NCBI GenBank assembly: GCA_905178155.1
Contig: CAJINV010000004.1
Span: 6,364,828 to 6,428,827 of the forward strand
Origin: Amoebophrya sp. A120
Lineage: Eukaryota; Protista; Dinoflagellata
DNA length: 64,000 nucleotides
Reading direction: 5' to 3'
Made by a program: the position numbers and the translations under genes. Below, piece after piece: positions 46,076 through 58,519 of the stretch. Position 1 is the first letter of the stretch, and every line of letters starts with the position of its first letter. The notes under the pieces were generated by a model. The model had not been told where the DNA came from, ran no database searches, and was given only the letters and a program-made list of their open reading frames with translations.

Positions 46076-48678
46076 ATACGGGTGGTGCAGCGATGTTGAT
46101 AGTGCTCGTCCCTGGCTCATTTTGGTCGGTAGAAAGGATTTCTGCATTCGCCAGATCCGCCTCGTTTTCATCTTGCTCGGCGAGGACAGATATTTCCTTG
46201 TCCTCATCTCCGCCCACAGAAAGCACCGGCTGTTGTATAATGTCCTCTTCGCCAAGAACCTCTTCTTCACCAGCATCTTCGGAACTACCGCTACTACTAC
46301 CCTGCTCCGACGCTTGGTCCTCGTCTTCCCCGCTGATATCCAGCTCTTCGTTCATGTCGTCCGTCACGTATTTCAGCATCTCCCGCCGCATCGTGCTGTC
46401 AAAGGGCACCCCGGTCTGCATACAAAACTCCTCGGGAAACCGGGGAAGACAAAACTCGTCCACAAAGGGGTTCTTCGTGGCGTCTTCTAACCCCTTTTGC
46501 AGGTGCGTCAGGGAGGCCTGTGGAGTTGTTTTCGACCGATTACGAATTTAGAAAAAGTAAAAGAATGAGAATCCGAAAGCGAAACATTTTCTAAAGTCTG
46601 CAAAAATCTTTATCCAAAAAGAGAAAACCTATCCATTACGTTCAGGACGGTGTCCTTGAGCTGTATTGCGTGCATCCCTTTGTAAGCCCCCTCTACGTTA
46701 TGCCGCCCCTTCTTCCCCCCGAACGCCAGCCCGACCGACTGGACGACGTGGCGGCCGTCGCTGGACATAAAGGGTTTCCGCCGGTAGCACTTGTCGGTGC
46801 CCGTGGCCCAAAAGTGCCACCGCGGTTTTAACGCCCGGATCAACTCGCTCACCGCGGGAGAGGCGTTGAATTCGTAATTTTGCGGCAAAAAGTCCCGGTC
46901 CCGATGCAACTCCTCGGCGGGAACCAGGCTGTTTTTTTATTTGGCTTTTGATGATGTTCTGGTGGTGGTGACCGACCAGCATGGTTCATGTGGTTGCAGC
47001 ACAAAGTAAAGATGTAGTAAGTTGCGCCAGCACTAATATGCTGTCCAAATTCGGACACTCCTGGTTGTACACTCCTGGTTGTAAAAACGTTGCATATATT
47101 TTCTTATGAGTACCTTGTCAGCCCGCAGGGTCCCTCGGAGGTCAAGAGCAAATCTACCGGTTTTCCGTCTGCCAACTCATATGGATTGCAACTATGTCTG
47201 GGTCTGGAAGGTCGCAACTTGTCATGCTGTTTTTGGTTTCTAGGGAAATTTGTATTGCATGACCAGCAAGAGGGGTCCAGTTTGTGCTGTGCAGACAATG
47301 GACTTCTCATGCGGAAGGCGCATCAGGAAGCCCTCTAAAAGTCTGTGATGCTCGGCCATGCACTACAGCCATCATGGGTCATAAGAAATATGCATGACAA
47401 GTCTTGCACTCTTCCAGACCCAGACATATTTGCATTTGATAACTCAATAATGTGTTCGATGATCGGGCGGTTGTAAGCCAGGCCCGGGCTGCCGTCGGCC
47501 TGCGCCCGAAAATTACACCGGCAAAATTGCAGCGTTTTGTCAACCTCCTCCAATGGCTGGCCCACCCCCCACCCGTTGAACGTGAACCAGTCGATCTGCC
47601 CGTGGCAGATGTTGTCCTTATCCGGGTGCACAATCCGCGGAATGGTTCCGGACAGGTAGGCCACGCGCATGCCCTGGATCTCCTTGATGCCGCACCCGCC
47701 AATGTAGTGCAGGTTGTCGGTCACCTTCATCCCGTCGCTGAAGCCCTTCTTGGACATGTGTGGCTTGTGAAACGCGGTGGAATCCTGGTCCAGGAAAAAC
47801 AGGGGGATGTCGCACTTAATGCTGCCGTTCTGTGGTATGTGATAAATCAAATTTTTCTTTCTTGTTCACAAAGAACAGCGAGCTTGTTGAGCTGCCAGAG
47901 AAAGTGAAGAAGCAGCCTTGAGGACAAAAGTCGCGCTTATCGAGATCCATGCAACGTGCACGCGCACGCGTGCAACAAAAAATGTTTTCCATGACGAATA
48001 CACTGCCCTATGAAAAAATAAACGAATACCGCCATGAAGGGGGCCATCCGCGCGGCATTGGTGTCCGACATGAACTTCCCAACGCAGAAACAAACATCCA
48101 GCGGCCCCTTGCTTTTGTGCACAGCCGCAATTCGAGTGTACAGCGGTTGCAGATCGCCGTCGCACGTTCCCGCGAACAGAAGGCGGCGAACAAACGGCTT
48201 CGGTTTCGGAGGTCCTCGCTGGTTGCTTGCAATTATAGTACTGCTTGACGTCGCTGGTTGATGTTCAACTTCGACTTTCTGTTTTTTCTGCAGCGGTGGC
48301 TGCGACACTGGCTCCTCACGGTCGAAGGGGTCGTCTATGCGAGTGCACAAACCCCCTTCCCCGTTATTTGTCATGCAAAATGCAAAATCCAGTTGCTGCC
48401 TTGTGGCACTGTTTGCATGACGAAATCATCTGGAGGCCCAAATACTACTAAAATCAACGCATGAGCTTGTCATGCACAGCCTTCACGCGTGCTGGTGTTT
48501 CTATCGCTGTTCACGCCGTACAATTTATTACAAATGAGGGGGAGAGGGAGTTGTGCACCACTCTCGTATCATCGCTCCGCCGCTTGGTCTTCCGGCTCGC
48601 TGCGGGATCGATACTGCTGTTTCCTGCCGACGCCATGTTGTCGCTGCTTGTGGGCGGGGGCGGCGGCGGTGGGGGCAT
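46076..48678 (-). CDS. CWF19L1: CWF19-like 1/Drn1 N-terminal metallophosphoesterase-like domain protein; CwfJ C-terminal domains not seen
   Basis: Motifs LLFAGTCDG, VHKSKGPLDVCFCVGKF, NLHYIGGCG, RVAYLSG, VDLLLTSE, VSELIRALKPRWHF and YRRKPF. GT-AG introns 47830-48029, 46929-47113 and 46518-46639, plus introners at 48339 and 47183. Confidence 0.8.
47183..47438. mobile_element. Introner family A (256 bp), same orientation as 14479
   Basis: IR atgtctgggtctggaag / cttccagacccagacat. Excision gives IIELYELADGK. Confidence 0.92.
48339..48565. mobile_element. Introner, E-like family
   Basis: IR gtgcacaaacccccttccccgttatttgt / acaaatgagggggagagggagttgtgcac, flanked tAT...GTa (one repeat diverged). 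Excision joins RRSDD to DDPF in frame. Confidence 0.75.
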
Positions 48679-51448
48679 TCGGCAAGGCTTGTACTTGTAG
48701 TACTGCTGGGAAAGCTGCCGCTCGTCTCAAAATCTTATTCACGTGCTCTTACCAAAGCATTCAGCGGGCCATTTTATTTTCATGATCATCGACGTGGTAC
48801 GATTTACGCACTATATTTCTTTCATCTGTTGATGTTTCTTCAACGTAGTTATAGAAGTACTGTTGTATCTATCTAAAATCCAGATCGTGGCGCGGTCACA
48901 GAGGACAAATGACTCCAGAAAAATTTGTACTCGGCAAACTGAAAAAAGAACTACGTCCACGATCCAAAAAATTGCACGTGGATCCCTTCCCTCCTCTTCC
49001 TTCGTGCCTGATGTAGGTGTTCGGTAAAAATCAAAAACTTAGAGTTGCGACGTGTACGTCGCGCTAACAAGAAGAAACGCCAACGATTCAGGTGGACGGC
49101 ACTCAACATAATTTACTTACACGCTTCTCTTTATTTGTGAACCAATCTATCGGCAAAACCGTGACTCACAATGAGATCTTGTGGCAGCACATTAGTATGA
49201 TTTTATGAGTATGGGATCATCAACAAATCGGGATCGTCACTCGCAAGCTTCTGTCGTACACCATCAGTTGCACCATGATCGTCCTCTTGAACACTGCGTG
49301 TGTGTGGTAGACACGACGGACACGAAAAAGCTTTGTCCGTTGTTCCCATTGCCTTGACATCGAGGACAGCACATGCGATAGATATTGGACGAAACCTCTA
49401 ATATGATTCAAACAACGAAGTCGAATATCTTATTGTGGTTAGTACCAAAGTGAGCTCCGTTCGGCTCTAGAAACCCACGGTGAAAATATTTCTTGCTGGA
49501 AAAATAAAAAATGACGAATTAAACTCGGAAAATTAACTGGTTAAAAACACGGAGACCGCACACTAAAGCTAAAAAAGTTTTCTTAAAAATTTCAGGTACA
49601 AAAAACCTAGGAGAAAGCAGTCCTTCTCCTTCCAAACCCTGCTACGCATTATTTCGCAGCGCAGAGCCAAAAATTCTTAAAATTTCAGAACGCCATAGTT
49701 CTTGTCGTCGTGCCTGTCTCTTTCAGTCGCCTTCTTTTTTTCTGTAAACACCAAAACCGTCGTGGTCCACAACATCCACCCTGGATGGCTCTTTTGTTGC
49801 TATGACGAGTGCTGGGAAGAATGGGCGGGTCCAAGATGATACATCAACTCCGTACCAGCTGCACTAGCTCCCCGCCGTGCAAAGCCACACGAGGACCCTG
49901 GCTTCCCTTCCTCCCGAAAGCCTCCTAACACGACCTCCGGAAGTAGGACCTGCACACGCTCCTCCGTGTCGTCCACCAGCTCTCGACCACGTATTCTGCT
50001 CGGCCAGGACATGATCCTGACGTGGTTGCGACCTGCACCGACCTTGTCGTGCTGCTGGGGTCGGTCCTTTGTTCACTCTGCTGCACAACGAGTGCCTCCG
50101 CAACAACTCCGGCCGTCGTGCGACCTTGATGTTCCGTTTGTCCTACTCCTGCTGGTCCTCGTCACACAAACTTCAGCTCAAAGAAGACGATGCAAAAAAT
50201 GATGACCGCAATGAGGAAGAAGGTGAAAATCAAATTCAGGTACAGTTCGTTCATCTTGAGGTAGAAGCTGGTGGCTGTTGTTGTAGAAACAAATTCACTT
50301 AAAAGTTCAAAGTCTGGCTGTCAACAAAATTCAAATTACTAGTGGGGCTAAATATGAAGAGGATGAGAGAATATATGAAGTCGTGCAAAAATGATGGGAA
50401 TTTCATGCGGTTCTGAGGGTGAGGTCCTGTTTGATGAAATATGGCAAAGGAGTTGTAGTACATGCGACTTTCATAGTACCTTCTTTTACACGCACAGATG
50501 AATACTAGTGGACGCTGCGCAGGCACAGCACATCTTTCTTTACGACGAATAAAAATCCTGTACGAGTGCGAGTCTAGGTTTCACGAACGAATTCAAATAG
50601 TTTGCAGTACGAGGTCGACGAGTGGCGCATTGATTTGGTGCCTCTTTTATCCGCCATTTTTATTTCCGATATGGCTTCTATTGCATAGCATTCATTGTTA
50701 TACCGATCTGTTCTATCAACGACAGACCGACCTCCTGAATACTGCGAAAAGAATACACGTGGACGAATCGTGAGACGTTCTTCCAGTGACCGAAGATTCC
50801 TGTTTGACTTTGCTGCCGGAGCAGTCAGAGGCTCATGTGAATGATAGGATCAAAACATGCCGGACAAAGACCTGAAACACAAAAAGTACATGCTGGACTC
50901 CATCATGCCCAGTGGCAGTGCCGCACAGCAGGGCCTGGGAAGATTGCGCGCTCTGTGTCGCACTCAATTTGCGTTTTCTTCTTTTCTTTTTACAGACAAC
51001 ACATTGTCTCTCCGAACATATACTTAGTTATACAGCTGCTTTATTCCTGGTGTTGAAGACGCGTTTTGCATTTTTAGCCTACCGCCTGTAACACAGCTAC
51101 CGGCGCGGTGAGCCTCTATACAGTCATTCTTGAATCAGACAAAAGCCACATTCATGCACGGCAAAGGGAAATCAAATGAAAAGCAAAAGCATTTATGCAA
51201 AAAAGAAACGACGCCTCTATTTCAAATATTCGCATTATGCAGGCAGAGCTGATTGGCAAATGCTCGCTTATGCTTGATTTCGTTCGGTTCCTTCGTGAAA
51301 CAGTTTTCGCCGCAATTTTTCGTACTTAATATCGGCAAAAGCTATCCATCTTTCTCGTTCGTTTCTCTCAACATCAAAATAAGTCGTGCATTGCTCTGCA
51401 AAAAAGAAACATGTAGAATAAAAGGTCCAAAAACAAAAAAAATCACTC

Positions 51449-54400
51449 TCACAGGGAAAAAATCAAACTGCCGTCCAGCCAGCGCATCGCCCGGAGGTCG
51501 TACATACCCCATGGCGGACAGACCACCAGCGCGTTCGCCCATGCATTCCGCGTCACGTGCTCCGCGTACTGGCGCATCCCACTTTCCGAAAGTAAATCAA
51601 AGGGATACCGCTCCGACACATCCTCGCAAACCCGCGCTAGCAGCGCCAACTGGTCTTCCCGCGAAGAAAGTTCGAGCTGCAGATGGTAAACACGCGCGCG
51701 CAACGTGGTCAAATTGGCGACTGTAGCCGGATCGATTGATGTGACAGCCGGAGATGTAGTTGTGGTTCCTCCGGAGGAGCTCCTGCGCGTCAAACCGGCA
51801 CGAAGAGGTGGTAGTGTGGGTGTCGATGCCGGATGAGCTGCTCCTGCACTGGTTGTCGATTGTCCCGGCTGCTGATCAAGTAACCCTGGGGACGACCTTT
51901 CTCTACTCGTTGTGCCAACATTTTGATGCTGCTGCAACAATCCGAGACGACGTTGCTGAGGCTGAAACGGGTGTTGTTCATTATGATGTTCGTTTTGAAG
52001 ATCATAATTTTCGAACCCACTAGAAGTCCTCCTCCCTCTGCTCCGGAGCCGCTGCAGCCACCCTTCGAGCTGGTTTGCAGCGTTCACAGACGGGAATGGT
52101 CCGAACAGAATTGGCATTCGTTCTCCTCCCGTTGAAGACGGAGATGATGGGTCGCGCGAGGTCATCGGAGACTCGAGCTGTGAAAAATTAATGATGACTG
52201 TCTTTTTTTTTCAAAACTTCACCGCAGCCGATATTTCATATTTTCAACATGTCAAACCAAAGACAAAAATACGTGATCCAAGACTCGCTGCTGTTCTGCT
52301 TGTTGCGGCCCGGCGGACCCTTGTTCCATCGCCGGAACTAGCCCCGGCCCGGCCATCACCTCGCGCAGTCCATTTGCTTCTGCTTGCGATGCGTAGGAGG
52401 ACGGCTGCCTTAGGAGCTGTGCCAAGCGCAACATCGAGCCGAAAGATGATCCCATTGCAGGAGCCCCTATTTCCCCTCCTCCCATGGGAACAAATGGCTG
52501 GAACTGCGGCTCTGTAACCTGCTCTTCAAAACCCGGTGCCGCCGCCATGCCTGATGGTGAAGATGCCGTCTCGTTGTTACAATACCGCAGGTTGAAGATG
52601 TGCGGCGGGTGCATAGCTAGACTGCAAGAACCTGAAGTAGACCACGAGGGTGGAGCTGCTGTGTCAGTGCCACTTATCTCTATTGGTGTTGTTCCTGTCG
52701 CACCACGATGACCCTCAAGAAAAGCTCTTCGATGTTCATTCTCTGGCGGCCAGCACGACACATGAACCGGAAGGTGCTCCGGGACCAGCCCCTGTTCAGC
52801 ATGATCATTATCCGTTCTGTCCTGCAACGTAGTAGCTGCCATACTCATCTCCTCGGACTGCATTCTCTCAAACCACGGCTCGGCATCCAGCCCCTGCTCT
52901 CGAAGCCGGTCTACTTGCACTGGAAGCAAGGCGTTAGGGATCGGCGGAGTGGGCGGCCGCCGGAACAAATCTTCTACTGCCTGCTGTTCTCTGGGAAAAC
53001 GAAAATTATTGACAGCAATATTATCCCTACTTCCATCAGTCGTGCTGCGAGCCGAAACGTTACCAAGCTGAAGTATTTGCCGGCAAAGCTCGGTGGCGGT
53101 TGGCTGTTGATACGGAGGACCATTAGGATGCCTCTCCTGCCGGAGATGATTCTGATTTGCGGCCCCGGAATAAGATGAGGATGGTGATGATGATAAAAAC
53201 GGTCCTTTCGTGGTCTCCCCTATACCGAACGAGTGTTCTTTACTCGTCCCCGGAGTTGTAGGAGGTCCCATTTTGATCAGTTTCCGGTTCTTCAACCTGG
53301 CGCGACCACTGCCCGTTGCTGCCGATGGTGCACTGCTGCAGTTGTTATCTACTACTTCGCAACCAACCTCTGTGTTTGTCGAAGCCTCGCAAGAGCTCGA
53401 ACTTGCAAGCGGAGTTGATGTCAACATTTGGGGAGCTGTTACAGTCGACGCTGGGCCACCAGCAGGAAGCAGTTCTTCTTCTTCGACAGCGACGGGACCG
53501 TTGCGGTTGTACAAGGGTCGGTAATATGATGTCTCATCTACAGACATTTCCCTATAATTCCCCTGCTCTGTCCGCTGGTTCTTGGCATGCGAACATGACG
53601 AGGAGCTACTCGTCGTCTCTGTCGCGCGACCCTTAGTACTTCTACACGATATTGCGCGGTGCTGAAGCTGCCGCTGCACAAACCAATCCGTCACGTTCAA
53701 AGTAGGCACTGTGTTTCTTGTAACACAACTTCCGCTGCTAAGGTGTGCAGGAAGTACATCTCCGGAACAACTAGGAAGCGAGGACTATGAGCGTGAGAAA
53801 GTATTCATTTCAAAAATATTCACAGGGCCGAAAAAAATTTTTTTTGCGCAATTAGTGAACGCCCAGAAAAAAGGCTCAGCGACATGCGCGCGCGAGAGCT
53901 TCGCTGCGGCGCTTCATGTAGAAATCCTGGGCCAGAAAGCGCACGAAACGCGTTCGGCGACTTGCAGGGCCGAGAGATATCAAGGCCTACGCCTCAAGTG
54001 TGGTCCTTCCTCTCTAAAGAAAACGATGTGGCGCGCGCTTTGGCGGATTGCTTGCTAGGTAGCTGGGCGCCCTCGCTCCTTTGCGGGGACCCCGCGAAGT
54101 TTTTCTGCAGAAGCTGGAAAGGCCCACTTCGCCCAGGCGCAAGCGCTACTCCTCTAAAGGCCAAGGCTGAACTGAAATGCGCCACAGCGCCGGCAATGGC
54201 TGTTTTGCACCAAGGCGGACACCTCTCGCCCGCTTCGCTTCTCAATATTCATTTTCGAATCACGACGACACTGCGTTTCCGTTTTTATTAGCAGAAGCTA
54301 CTCCCACTTGATTTATCTAATATTCATCTGCGCAATTTGCGACAGCGAAAAACGCCAAAAAAGTGCGCACTTTCTGGGAAAAACAGGCGTTTTTTGGGGA

Positions 54401-55674
54401 GGTGAATACTTTCGCGTATCCCACTGCTATGCTCCTTCCAGACCAGCCCAAAAAGTAAAAATATTCATACCTCCTCTGAGGACGTCAAAAAAGTGCTTCT
54501 TTTCTGCTTGCAACCTTTGCGGCTTTTGGCAGCACACAAAGTTGCCGAGCTTGTCTATAGACTTGGCCAGCAGAAGCATCCTGGTAAAGGCCAGGCGACC
54601 CCGTCTTTTGCAGGGGTTTGCGCCTCGGCAAAGTGTGGCCGTCTAGAGCAACTGCTCTAATGCCCGCCACTTACCAGGATGTGCTCGAGCCCAGTCGGGA
54701 TCGAGCAACGCCTGTAGGGGCAAGGCAGCGCAGAGTGGCAGCTTCTTCAAAGCTTTGAGACCGTGATCTGCCGCCTGAATGCTACGAATGCTGCCACTTG
54801 TGGAAGTTGGCTTTGCATGTCGCCGGCGTGCAGGCCGTCCCCTGTGTGTTTGAAGGATCTGACTCTCGAGCGCCATCGACCGACTGGGCTCAGCAAGCGA
54901 CTTCCAGGTAGTACCTGCGTCGGGGCATCGCAGGCGCGTTAGCGCTCTGCAATGCCTCACGCACTTCGCCCCGGCACACCGGCTAAGGTGTGCAGGAAGT
55001 ACATCTCCGGAACAACTAGGAAGCGAGGACTGCGGCCCTGGTTCCAGCGTCGAAACGCCACTTGCATAGAAGTTGCTAGTATCGCCTTGCTCTTCTCTCG
55101 CCGACCGAGTGAAAGGTCTACCGAGGTCGCCAGCTGGTGGATAAAAATTGTTCACTCCCATGTGGGTGGACGACGATGTTGTTGTTTCAGAAGAAGCCCT
55201 CTGTAGAAGTGGTGGTAGTGGTAGTCCTCCTGGCAGTACTAAACCCGGCGTCAGTGCGAATCTTGTCGCACCACCAGCAACTCCAGGGTTGTAGTGCGCA
55301 TGATATGCGCTCGAACTCGCATAATTTGAAGAAGATGCTCCTGCACCTCCCGCGTTTCTACTTCTCCTGTTTGGTCGATTACGATCTCGTGTTCTAGGAA
55401 CTAGGCCTTGCCGTCCAGCAGCGAGTGGAGAGGGACCCATATTAGAGGACTGAAACCCAGAGTTGTACCCTGTCGCTACTACACCTTCATTCCCATACTG
55501 TTGTAGATCATCTTCTACCCGGTTGCCCTGTCCTGCTGCCGCTGAGTCGCAGAAGAAAAGCAAGCAGGCGAAAGAAACTAGCACGGGGCGACGCCGGCAG
55601 CTCACTGAGTAGCTGCGACGCACCGGGATAAACTGAGGGAGCGACCCTGGTGCTCGTCCCAGCCCGCCCGCCAT
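51449..55674 (-). CDS. Hypothetical secreted low-complexity protein interrupted by a 1.2-kb insert (intron or disruption)
   Basis: Signal-like VLVSFACLLFFCDSAAAG. SSLPSCSGDVLPAHLS is encoded twice, and the second copy is in frame with ORF 52252..53709. GT-AG intron 52178-52272 joins LDH|LESPM. Confidence 0.55.
53737..55031. repeat. Identical 50-bp direct repeats (53737-53786 and 54982-55031) flanking a 1195-bp insert
   Basis: gctaaggtgtgcaggaagtacatctccggaacaactaggaagcgaggact occurs at both positions. Confidence 0.9.
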
Positions 55675-56402
55675 AATTTTCGAATCTTTTTTAATTCTAA
55701 TAGTGCAATTTCTCTACATAAAATTGATCACTTTCAAATTCAAAAACTAAAACATGCCTCAAGCCCTCGGCTACCAAAAAAATAAATGTCCTTGTCCTCG
55801 TGCCTTTGTCGTAAAACTAAATTAGTACCTATGGCCGCCGCACCCTCCAACAAAATCATGGCAGCCATATCTCATCAATTGAAATTGTGAGAGAAACAAC
55901 ACATCAAAGGCAAAGCTTGCGAAATGTAGTATTGCACGATGCACACAAACGAGTCGGAGTGAACATCCTGGCAAACATAGCCCTTCACAAAGTGTAAGCG
56001 CGCTCGCACCGCAGTTCATTCCCGAGCGAGAGATATTCATATTCCAAATTGAATCTGTCAACAGATAAACAAAAAATCCAGTGGATTTTCCCGCATGAAG
56101 AGAGGGCCCTGTCTCTCGCACCGTAATTTTTTCCCTCCCGCTTTGCAAATAATAGGAACTGTGTCCAGCACCTCTTGCCAAAATTTGAGCTGCTTCTATA
56201 TCGTGTGAGTAGTGCGATTGAGAATTTTTATTACGAGGATGTAACATAAGCATAACAACCATCCGCGAGCTCAAAATTAAGTATTCCAACGGGCGGACAG
56301 CAGCTGCAGGTGTCCGAAAAAAATTTCAAAGTCGCCAAAATTCGCAGTTTTTCATAGATGTTGGCACTGCCCACGTTTGTTCGTTTTATAAACCTTTGAC
56401 GT

Positions 56403-58519
56403 TCACACCGTCCAGCGGTAATCGTCGCGAAACCATTTCTCGTTGGTTCTCAAATCCACGGTCAGTGTGTAAAGGAAATCCGAGTCTGGCCGGGAGGTCG
56501 TGCCAGGAAGTAGATGAAGTCCGACCGGGAAACTAACCACCACCGTGTCCGCCGCATATCCAGAGTATTCCCCGGGCTGGAACTTCCGGCAGTCGATGTC
56601 CAAAAGCGGCTGCATGGCCATGAATTTATCAAATGCAAAAATGTCGGGGTCTAGAAGATTACCAGGTTTGTCATGCATATTTTGAATGACCCATGATGTC
56701 TGCGATGCATGCCCTAGCATCACAAATTTTTAGAGGACTTTGTGATGCCTCTGCCGCATGAGAAATGCCCTCTCCGCGTAGCACAAATTGGAGTTCTCCT
56801 GCTGGTCATGCTGCATGACTTGTATTGCGCATGTATTGCATTGCAATACAAATTTTTTCAGAATCCAGAGACAGCATATACAAGTTTAGAACCTTCCAGA
56901 CCCAGACATTTTTGAATTTGATAGAATTTAAACAGCCGCAACTCCAGCTTTGGGTTTTTCAAGTCGAGGGCAATTGATTTCAGGAGGATAAAATTCCGTT
57001 CATACTCCATTTCTGAAACGGTCGATTCGTAATTCGCCATTTTCCTGTCCAGCGCCTGCATTAAGGCCGGTTGCTTTTTGTACTCATCGACGAAATCCCG
57101 CAGCGCTATCAAAATGAAAAATCCCCCCTCCCCATATCAAAACGGAAATTTGTGATGCTGATTTGTGGTCACAAATCGTCTTTGTCTTGCCTGCAGGCTC
57201 ATAGGAGCCATTTGACGTCGCATTTCAGAGCGAGTCTGTCATGCGCTTTCGACTACTACAAACCTGTTTGCCATGCGCAATTGCTAGCCTTCTGCATACC
57301 CAAACAGGGTCAGAAAATGCCACCAAGCACTTTCTGCAAGACAGATCTGATATGTGTACGCAAATCCAGCATCAGAAACTTCGTTGCGATATGGGGAGGG
57401 GGAATTTTTCCTCTCAATAAGCGCCGCGCCCGCTTCTAGCGAGAGAACCGTGTCTCTGGCTTCGTCGCACTTCATTTTGGAGGGGCCACTAGAACTAGTA
57501 CCAGCGACGTCGCTGCGGCCAGCTGTACAAATAGTAGAATCGCCGCAACGGAATTTAGCATCACGGTTTAACTTGTTGTTGTTTCCGCGGAATTTATTAC
57601 CGCGACTCGGCCACTTCGGGCCTCGCGGCCCAGTGCTGTAGTGCTGGCACTCCTGTGGATCACGGTCACCGAACGACCCCTGTGGCCGATAGTGGTCGTG
57701 CTGGAACACATAATCGGGCAAGGCCGCGGCTTCCGCCGCCGGTGGCAAAGATGTTGATGCACCACTGCTTCCTCGTGTCTCCTGCCGAGGGAAGTTGTGC
57801 TGCGCGATTACTACAGGACCATCTGACGATGAAGGAGGAGGACCACGTGGCAAAAAAACAGGACGTGGCACGACACTGCTGCAGCTTCCGGCAGTTGTAG
57901 CAGTGACTCCCCCCGCGAAATACGCTGGCTGGTCCGGATCGAAGGCGTTGGAAGTAGAATGCGCACGGTGTTCTTGTACATCGTCCTCTTGGCACGTCGT
58001 GGTCATAATGTCCTCGTTGGAAAGATTGCAATACTCGCGGACCAGGCGGTCATACGTGGGTAATATTAAACCATGTTCATCTACTACTCCGTGGTCAACA
58101 TCTGCTGCTCCCAGGTCATCATGACCTGAGGAAAGTGAATGGTCATCTGGTTCCAACGCCGGCGTTGCGTGGGCCTCTAGTCGTGCTGCCGTAGTCGTTT
58201 CATCCCGAAGAAAAGCGTTCCGCACCCGCTCTCGTTGCGTCTGCCGCTCCAAGGTGTCCACGTAAGGCTCCCTGCTGCTGCTGGCATTGCTATCGTAATT
58301 GTACGGAACTGAACCACGGCTGTTGTACGTGTACCCTGGGATTTCAACATCTCGCGGATGATGTTCTGGGGGCTGCAAAAACGCCCTCAAACCTCTGCTC
58401 ATGTTATTATACCGAAACATCTGCATCTGCAGTGCCATCGTGTTTGTCACGCGCCAGGCAGCAAGCAGCAACAGGGCCGCTGCGAGAGGTGGCGTCTTCG
58501 TTGCTGTAGCCTTTGCCAT
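56403..58519 (-). CDS. Hypothetical secreted protein, 3 exons
   Basis: Signal-like LAAALLLLAAW. Introner excisions give AALI|ALRDF and FKFY|KFMAM. Confidence 0.7.
56630..56920. mobile_element. Introner family A (291 bp)
   Basis: IR caaatgcaaaaatgtcggggtctagaag / cttccagacccagacatttttgaatttg, flanked tAT...ATa. Confidence 0.9.
57110..57416. mobile_element. Introner family E
   Basis: IR gaaaaatcccccctccccatatc / gatatggggagggggaatttttc, flanked tAT...ATa. Confidence 0.88.

Noticed and set aside
10804-47082. Short tandem duplications (10804-10842, 39411-39454, 47055-47082)
   Set aside because: Two-copy 14-21 bp duplications in non-coding DNA, consistent with slippage; no array structure.
12483-57112. 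Recurrent peptides such as KCLGLEG, KNVWVWK, MSGSGR and PDPDIF in many ORFs, looking like a repeated protein domain
   Set aside because: They are translations of the family A inverted repeat in different frames, not a protein motif.
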